Below are positions 55,541 through 64,000 of a DNA stretch of 64,000 nucleotides, one piece after another. A program made the translations under genes and the position numbers. Below the pieces are notes generated by a model, which ran no database searches, was not told where the DNA came from, and saw nothing but the letters and a program-made list of their open reading frames with translations. Each line of letters begins with the position of its first letter. The stretch's first letter is position 1. Source of the stretch: Leucoraja erinacea (Eukaryota); assembly GCF_028641065.1 (NCBI RefSeq), contig NC_073385.1, positions 59,768,001-59,832,000 of the forward strand, read 5' to 3'.

Positions 55541-56297
55541 AGATTGCTGATTTCAGTTCATGACGCGGATAGATCTACATCTCCGAATACAGATTTGAAA
55601 AATTCTCTTTTAAGGGGCCTTCTCTTCTATTTCTACTTTCCACATTTCTCTCTTCCTTTTTTATTTTTTATATACACACTTCACGTTTTTCTACTCTCTA
55701 CCATCTATTTTTCCACTTTTTCCTCTTTCTATTGTTTTCTTTTTCTTGTCTTGCTTACTTCCTTCTTATAACATAAAACTAGAGGTTGTACATAGAATGG
55801 ATTACGGTATTACATAGTTGGCACCTAAAATTAGGTTCCACTGTACTGTTTTGTGCTGTATTAACTTCTAATAAATAAAATAAACAAACCCCCCCCCCCA
55901 AAAAAAAACCCCATCATGCAACGGGAAAGGGCAAACAAAATGTGATTCTACGAAATTGAAAAAGATGCGCGGGGGGGGGTGGGGGGGGATGAGGATGGTT
56001 CATTAACGTTTTACTTAATAATACCATGCAAACAATTGGAACATTAAGCAAAGGGGATGCTATTACATTTTATGGAGCATTTTCAGTCGGCTTTGGCAGC
56101 CCTAAGATTTTTGCCTCCACCACAGTGAGGAGGTGCTCGGAGGATACACTGTGGTGGATGTTAATTTGTGTTAAGTGTTGTTTATTATTGTATGATTGTA
56201 TGTATGACTGCAGGCACGAAATTTCGTTCAGACCGTAAGGTCTGAATGACAATAAAGAAATTCAATTCAATTCAATAAAGGAATTCAATTCAATTCA

Positions 56298-56658
56298 ATC
56301 TTCAAGCGATATATATTTTTCAAGATACATAAAAAGATTTGTTTAAAATGAAGCCAGCATTCCAAATGTCTATGAAAATGTGCCTCGCTCGAAAGGCCCT
56401 TGGAATTTCTGAACAGGCTCCGGAAGCCATCCATTAGGGGCAATTAAAAATAAACCATATTTTCTGGGGTTGCTAGCGATGGCCTCGTTCCACAATAAAA
56501 TAAAGTTGGTTAACGAACTGAGTAATAGGAGATGGATGATGATATCTTTGATCGGATTTTAAAGACTTTACCTTGCACTAAACTTTATTCCCATATCATG
56601 TATCTATCTGTACACTGCGAATGGGTCGATTGTAATCACGTATTGTCTCTCCGCCGAC
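56298..56658 (-). repeat. Right (inverted) copy of the approximately 370-bp duplication
   Basis: Matches 48306-48678. It is cut at 56658 by an unrelated GC-rich segment that runs into the N gap. Confidence 0.9.
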
Positions 56659-57299
56659 AATCTCCTGGCTGCGGAGAGGAACGGGGCTGTTTCGGGTCAT
56701 GACCCTCAATAGGAATACGAGGGTGCCTGCGTGTGCGGACCCTGCACACGCCTCTTGGTTTTCCTTTCTCAGGCCCAGTTGTAGAGGGTGGTGAGAGAGT
56801 GCAGGAGCCTGGCCATTCCCTGGCCGGCTCATTGCTGACAGAGGTGTTGGGATCCTCCCTCGAGACTGATCCCGGGGGTGGGATCATGCCAGAGGAGGGG
56901 GAGCATGATGTAGCCAGCTTATGCAGTGGGGCGAGCGAGCTGCAGTCCCCCGAACTCAGCCGATGACCTTGAGCGTAGTGAGGGGGGAAATGCTGCTTCA
57001 GGTGTCAGTGGGTTGGCAGAATGCCCGGATTCCAGTGCTGTGTCTCGAGGGGCCGGCGTCTGGGAGATTCAGGAGTTTCTGAAAGTAAACAAGGGCAGAA
57101 GTTGCAGAGTCCAGTCAGCTGGACCTGTCGGGACTCATCCGGACACTTGGTGCTATCCTTCGCAGTAAAGATAGTGGTCTTCTGGAGTCTGACAGGCGTC
57201 AGTTCGGGGACCTTTTGAAGCTCCTAAGAGAGGGAGGGGCCAAACTCCTACGAGGAGTGCGAGGAAAAACCCCTAGTGTGTCTTCAACATGACGATCGC

Positions 57300-57433
57300 N
57301 NNNNNNNNNNNNNNNNNNNNNNNNNNNNNNNNNNNNNNNNNNNNNNNNNNNNNNNNNNNNNNNNNNNNNNNNNNNNNNNNNNNNNNNNNNNNNNNNNNNN
57401 NNNNNNNNNNNNNNNNNNNNNNNNNNNNNNNNN
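57300..57433. other. Assembly gap (134 N)
   Basis: Run of N. Confidence 1.
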
Positions 57434-59640
57434 TGTACTTATGCCGGGTGCTCAGAGATAGATCAGGTATTAGATTGTTGGGAAAGACCCAACATACAAA
57501 TGGATGGCCATTTCAGCACCGGAATCGCAGAGGCTCGTTGGATTGCAACGCCCTTATTGGAGAGATACTGCTTGATTTATTAGACCTACCACTCCCGTGT
57601 GAGTTTGAAAAAATATTTTCCAGGCCTCAATGTATCAAGCGATGAAATACTGTCAGTTAATTCAACTTTCAATTAAGTCAATGACGCCAATATTTTATTG
57701 TCATGGCCACATGCCGCCAATGTGCAACATCGGCAAAGCCGTTTTGAAATATGTTTCCAGTGCCACCTAACTTACACAGATCACATCGCAGATCTACCGT
57801 TAATTAAAAATCACAAATGATTTATCATTAACTGCATCCAGTCTGACATTGACACATAGGGTTGAAGGCGTTTGGTATCTGAACTGATGTCCCCTATCAT
57901 TTGCCCTTTGACTCTGATACTTTAATCGTCTGCAAGAGATGTTTATTACATACACTCGCGTAGTCTGCTTGGCCTGAAGCGGAGGTGATGTGATTACTGG
58001 AGACGTCACGCCCAAGTAGGCAACAACAGGGTGACGAGTCCTGAGTGGTCCTACCTTCTCCCTGGTTATACTCTAGTTTTAATTGTAGGTGTAAAAGGTA
58101 TTCGGGTTTTCGTTACTCTGACACGCCAAAGCCGTTTAATGTCCCATGTTGGCCTTTGTAATCGCCTGCTGAAACTCTTTCCCGTTTGCTTTATATTCCT
58201 CAAAAACCCTGTCTACTTTCATCTTCGTAAACCTTGCACACACTTTTGTTTTCATTTTTGACCACGTTAACCAAAGGTCCTATAATCTTTGACGTTTACA
58301 ACGTCTTTGGTCCCTACTTTTCCCATTCTTCCCCCCCCCCCCCCCCCCCCCTCCCTACTGGACCATTCTGGTCATCAACTTGATCAACTGGGCGTTAAAC
58401 GACTCCACTGATGCGGGTTTATCCAATAACATCTCCTTTGAACGTTCCTTTCCGAGCTGCTGCCCAATAATGTTGTAATTTACATTATTCCAATTCAGTA
58501 CCTTCCGGATTGATCCCTTTCAAATAAATCTAAACACTTTTGGAGTTGTGATCAATATATCACAAAAGGTCTTCCGCTGAAACACTAGTTTCCTGTTCAG
58601 GTTTATTTCCCAACACAAGATCCAGTATATCCCCTTCTCGGGTTGGACTACCCACGCACTGCTTCAGGAAAACATGTGCTCTATGTAGCTCATATGCCAC
58701 TATCCAACCTGAATAGTGAAAGGCAGCATCAATAATGTTATGGTTAACCGTAAGGAAGATCCCTTAACACATTGGGGCAGAAGGGCACACCAATAACGAA
58801 GGTGCGGTTAGGTATACTAGGTAACATGAATCTTATGTTGAAATACTCAACATGTCGTACGATGTAGGTGGACAATGAAACAGAGATAGCGTTTCAAGTC
58901 AAAACGCTCACTTCTCTTTCGTGATCTCACCGTCCATACAGGCTCAATGGGTTGGCTGACCATGCTTGCCCCAGTTTACCCGCTATATGTTATTGAGGGA
59001 GATGTTAGTAATGTTTTTTTTATAAAGAATCATCTTTATGTTTTAACATGTTTATGGGTGTCTTTTCCGCAAACCGCCGTTATGCACATTATTTATTTCC
59101 AGTTTTGCTTTACCATCGTAGTCAAATAGGGCCGTTGCACGTAAGGTCATCAGGTCAAAGGGCGTGATGCACGGAGTGGCTCAATCCTTCTGGAGTACAA
59201 AGCAGCTTCCAGCATACACTAGTAACACACGCAACACAGAAAAACCGCACAAATATTCATTTTTTTTGCACTGTGAAAAGTTGTGGAATTAGGGGTAACC
59301 GTGAGTTAAAACCGCCAAGATCATTGCAGCTCACTGACTTGCGAAAGAGCAGCGTGCCGGCGGATAGAGGGCAAGTCCCAGCCCACGGCAGCCCGGGGAT
59401 GGAGGGTTACTGAGCGCTCTGAACAAAATGCTCTAGTATCTCTGCTCTGAATGCGAGCACCAAGGTGTAAGCGACCGAAGGAGCGCATCCCTCGGGACAG
59501 CCCCCACTCCCCCCGGGGGACAGCGCTGTGCGGACACGGCCGCCCCCCGCCCCATCTCCCCCAGTGCGGCCGCACTGTCACGGGCTGTGGATCGGCAGCG
59601 CCCACACACCGGGCCGGGCAGTGGCCATACGGGGACGAAA

Positions 59641-59890
59641 ACCCGGCAACGTCCCCGTCAGCTGCTGCAGGGTTGACGACAGTCTGGTCCCTCCGCCCAC
59701 CCAGAGTCACTGACCGCTCTGCACCGGCACCCTGACCCTCACCCCCCTCCCCCGACCACCTCCCCCCCCCCCCACCACCGCCCCCCCCCCCCCCCACCAC
59801 CCGGCAACGTAACCCGTCAGGTGCAGCAGAGTTGAGGACAGTCTGCTCCCTCCGCCCAACCAGAGTCACTGACCGCGCTGCACCGGTACC
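59641..59890. repeat. About 90-bp imperfect direct repeat inside a GC-rich, probably transposon-derived segment (about 59285-60045)
   Basis: 59641-59731 versus 59799-59890, separated by C-rich tracts. Confidence 0.7.
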
Positions 59891-61214
59891 GGCACCAGCT
59901 CCCCAGGCGAACCAAACCTGCAGCCGCACATGGCCGATTGGGGGAAGGGTTAGTGGGAAGGTGGGATGCAATTGGCGTTTCACATTAACTCAGTTTAAAC
60001 AGTTTCACGTTAACTCTGTTTTCAGTGAAGAACACGTGTAACGCGCTTGTACAAAGTGACTTTGTTTCATTAGTAGTCTGGCAAAGCGAAGACAGTTCAA
60101 ACATTACAATGCCAGTGACGTCCGGGAAACAGGACAATGAAATGTCGTCGTTTGTTTAAGGGTACTAAGTTTCCCATAAAATAACGTCAGTGGAATCCCT
60201 ACTGACGAGCGTAGTATTTACCAGTAACATATTACTGAAAAAATACAGCGTAGATCAAAATAACTTTAATTAAACGGTAAACACGTTTTGTTTTGATTTG
60301 CGTATTGCTTCAATGTATTCAATTCCATTTCGTTTACGCTTGTTTTGATAAAACAAAAACAAAATAGTTACTTAATTGGATTTGATGCCTTGCTTGCTCT
60401 GCAACACAGATCATACAATTACGTCACCCTTTAACAAGGCTCGACTTTGTCATTGCTAATTATATCGGCTATTTAATAGTTAACGATATTAATCACAATG
60501 TTTTTATTGAGGGCATCTTAGATTACCCAAGAAACGGATCAAGTAATGACAATCAATATAACAAATGTCTTGGCATCTTATAAGGAGCAAACTGAGAAGT
60601 TTTGTTCCCAATGGAAAGGTAGTTAATAATTATAAGAACTGAGAAAGTCGGTTGTGTATTGAACATTACAGATCACTGGGTTTAACTGTAAAAAATCAGA
60701 GCTAGGCCGCACGCTAAATAGTTGTCCCACAAAAAGAAATTAAAGTTTGGAGTTTCCATTCTAAAAAGAAAAACTGATAACTGGGTAGTCGAACATTTCA
60801 CGATTAAGATCGTCAAGGTAAGGGATATTAAATGTCCATCGGAGGACAGGGTTACCAATTAAATATCAAGAATGCTAGAACAAATTAGCAGGCGGAATGC
60901 TGGACAGAAATTGTGCGCCTAGATTGTTTATAGGTACGGGAAGACCCCTATTTCCATTCCGAACGTATGACATGGCAATTAACATTGTTCAATGCCTATT
61001 ATTGAATCATCTTCCACTGTTACCTTTGGCAGATGCCAGTATTTGAATCAAAAACATTTTCCGCTCATGTAATCCTGCACTGGCTGCATACATTTGAAAC
61101 TGGGAGCTAAATTTGGAAAGATATGAGCGTGAGATATGACTTGTTACTTTACACGAAATGTTGCATCCGTGCATAAACTATGTTTTGCATCACTTCGTGT
61201 GATCAGCTTTACAT

Positions 61215-61652
61215 AGACCAAACTTCCCACCGTTGACTCCACCTACACTTCACGCTTCATTGGAATAGCGACCAACATAATCAAAGACGTGTCTCAACAC
61301 GGTTACTCGTCCTTCTCCGGTTCCCATCCGACAAAAGTTAGAGAAGCTTGAAAGCGCGCACCTTCAGACTCATGGTCACCTTCTCCCCCTCTATTCGGTC
61401 CTTCTATGAGGCGGGGTACTGTCCGATTCACCTATACCCTATTAAGGATATCGGACTTTGTTTATGGAACTGATGCGTTACAATACTGAGAATTATATTC
61501 CACAATCCGTGTCTTCTATTTTGATCTATTTATTGTGTCTTAGTTTGACTTGATTGGGTTAATATAGATATATCTGATCTGTTTGGATATGACGCAAGAC
61601 AAAGCTTTTTACGATACCTCGGTACACGTGACACTAATATACCTAAACCTAA
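61215..61652 (+). mobile_element. Rex1/Babar-type LINE 3' end
   Basis: Degenerate LPTVDSTYT...ATNIIKD.S segment and tail aaagcttttt...cctcggtacacgtgaca...(cctaaa)n. Confidence 0.65.
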
Positions 61653-62359
61653 GATTCAAGTCCCAAAAAGTCGTCTGTCCATCTCCCTCCACAGATGCTA
61701 CCTGGCCCCCCTGAGTTCATCCGGCACTTTGTTTTTTCTCATGGTTTTGCTCAACTCTTCCTGAAACCCTCATCCCTCGACACAATTCACCATTCCAATG
61801 TTGTGCCCCTCCTCAATCCCACATGCACCTGTTGCACATCAGCGCTGCTGCATAACAGGTTCCAAGATTCTTTCGTCACCAAGGCTGGCTCACCTGAAGC
61901 AGAGCAGCTCTCGCAATGGTAAATCTGATGCTCAACCGTGTTGACAAACGACCTATAACTTGGACGAGTGACGGAATCTTTCGGCAACCACCCTCCTCCC
62001 CTTTCACCCCCTCTACCTTCCAGTATCTGGACAACCTCCCCCAAGCCCAACCACCCGTATCCATTAGCTCTCTCCGTTAAACCCACATTGCATTTCCACC
62101 CCTCTCTGCTCATTTAATATTTCCGGGAATATACACTCTTTTATTTGACCAGGGATAGTTTGTCCCGACAATTCCCAGTCATATTCTTGAATTTGTACCA
62201 CCGGAGTCCCTATATGAATGAAAATTGCCTTGTGAGCTACCAGTTGATTGTTACTGATAGAAAATAAAATATGTTGGCTGTGTGGGAAGACTCCTGATCG
62301 GTGGAACTATACTGCCGCTTTCCTGTCAACATTATTGCAATGACTAATCAATGAGCACG

Positions 62360-62460
62360 TCCCCAATTTATGCTGCTGCATGCGATTGCCCAATAAATTT
62401 GGACGCGCGATTGGCTGTGAGATGTTTCGATACACCACAAGGTTACATAACCGGAAGTTT
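62360..62460 (+). promoter_or_regulatory. Putative TATA-less promoter of paralogue D (CCAAT x3, D-box, ETS)
   Basis: CCAAT at 62363 and 62390, ATTGG at 62410. GTTACATAAC 62442-62451 (reverse matches RTTAYGTAAY) abuts CCGGAAGT 62451-62458, about 80 nt before the ATG. Confidence 0.55.
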
Positions 62461-62536
62461 AACTCTTCTCTCAGATTCGACTCCGAGCTCGCCACGAAGG
62501 TTCACATAGGTCGAACAAGAGGGGAAACTCGAACAA

Positions 62537-62707
62537 ATGGCAACCACACAGTATGGCCAACGTCCCAAGTACGACAGCGGCGAGAATGATGATTATGAAT
62601 CGACGACTTTAATCCGCTGGAACAACTTCGAATTTTGTGGATTTAGTTTGAAGATCGCTCGAATGATGGATTCAAGATTGGGTATCTCCTCGTATATTTG
62701 GGACGCG
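62537..62707 (+). CDS. EEF1AKMT3: EEF1AKMT3/METTL21B-like paralogue D, coding exon 1 (57 codons)
   Basis: caaATGG start. Reads ...NNFEFCGFSLKIARMMDSRLGISSYIWDA. SRLG..WDA is the closest of the four to mammalian METTL21B as I recall it (SRLGVAARVWDAA). Donor GCG|GTAAGT at 62708. Confidence 0.9.
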
Positions 62708-63707
62708 GTAAGTCCATTGCGTTAGTCGTGTAGAGAAACAAGCTAAATATAATGCCACATATCTTATCAGTTTAGCGGATTCATGTTATCCTTTTCTTCC
62801 TGTTTTCTGTTACTATGAAATACATTTCCTGAAAAAAAAGTCTAACAAGCACATCAGAGATAAGATACCGCGCATACGTCCCACGAATTATAAAAACATA
62901 TTATTTTTAACCTATCAAGTGCCTTATGTTGAGGGACTTTTCTGCAGAAAAAAAAGGTGAAATTATCGATCAACCTGATAATCACGTATCATCATGCCTA
63001 GCCTGCATTTCCACCCGTTACGTCCCCGCCGACCCCCCTTACGATTTCACGCATGTGATCCCAGCTGCTAATTGAACATCAAGCCCCAGCCCCGCACTAA
63101 TTTCCGACGCTCGCGGTTTAACAAAAAGGCATCGCATTAGTAAACATCGTCGATGCACAGGTCACACGAAGAATAGGGCAAGGCCCACTCCCCTTGCATC
63201 TCTGTATCACGATGTGCAGTTGCGTCCGATGTGCGGCCCATTCATCGAGCCGCCCATTCATTGACGAAAGGTGCGAGAGAGATGCTCCCAATTGTTTTAA
63301 GCGTGTTATGGAGATATTCAGCCTAACTCCATCCTAAATTGTAGGCGGGCGAACCAATCCTCCCTCCTCAGAATCTATCACAGAGTCAACCACTGAAAGC
63401 TATCACAAAGATGAACCGGAATTGCGCTCCATTTATTCCGCATTTGTTAGATAGATTCCAATTGCCCTGGCCAACCCCCTTCCGTTTAACCTAAACTGGC
63501 TGCTGAAATGTCCTTACATCATTCGGGGGGATTAAACTTTGAATGATCTGAATTGGTGAGACGCTTTGAGATATCCTTGTGCTGTGGAATGTTCTCTGCA
63601 AACAGACCTTAAAAGAAGGTCAGCCCCACACTCATTTGTCTGGATTAGGAAGTAATCGGAGTTCCTCTTTCAACTGTCTTCTTTAATCTCTGCAAATCGT
63701 TATTTGA

Positions 63708-63905
<198 letters not shown>

Positions 63906-64000
63906 TGAATGGGAGATCTGTCAATGGCTCGACGGGATGATTTCGTATGTGACAATTCGCGTTCAATTCCTTTCCGATTTGGGAAAAATAATTTCCTTAT

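Larger units (their letters stand above)
49537..55910 (+). mobile_element. Full-length L1-clade LINE (about 6.4 kb), ORF2 disrupted
   Basis: Begins GGACTTCCGGTGGC and ends in AATAAA repeats plus an A/C tail. TSD CCATCATGCA at 49527-49536 and 55911-55920. Contains ORF1 and an EN-RT-CCHC ORF2. Confidence 0.92.

Noticed and set aside
48306-56658. Giant composite DNA transposon with 370-bp TIRs carrying an L1
   Set aside because: The outer ends fall inside a retroposon tail with no TSD, and there is no transposase. A local inverted duplication fits better.
59321-59983. 220-aa Gly-rich minus-strand ORF
   Set aside because: It arises from a GC-rich, internally duplicated repeat with poly-C tracts, where stop codons are rare by composition.

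Overview
Eukaryotic, repeat-rich vertebrate DNA. The repeat families (HE1/V-SINE-like tRNA SINEs, CR1, Rex1/Babar, Penelope terminal repeats, fish-type L1s) point to a cartilaginous fish, probably a skate or ray (inference). The main content is a tandem cluster of at least four diverged paralogues of a seven-beta-strand lysine methyltransferase, most similar to EEF1AKMT3/METTL21B. I assembled them by hand from splice sites. Paralogue A (+): 15760-15885, 18280-18391, 21060-21439; 205 aa. Paralogue B (-): 31704-31573, 29478-29367, 26903-26506; 213 aa. Paralogue C (+): 41635-41802, 43061-43172, 47393-47787; 224 aa. Paralogue D (+): 62537-62707, 63759-63870, with its last exon beyond the window. 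All share a 112-nt middle exon and intron phases 0 and 1. There is also a possible decayed fifth exon-2 relic near 2.6 kb, and an inverted copy of paralogue C's 3' flank running toward an assembly gap. Between the genes lie: a full-length but mutated L1 (49537-55910); a 5'-truncated L1 with a 46-bp target duplication; a Penelope RT fragment; many short Penelope-derived elements with a minimal hammerhead-ribozyme core and their own target-site duplications; a Tc1 fragment resembling teleost Tc1s; several MITE-like elements; and SINE/LINE debris. Repeat boundaries without a TSD are approximate.
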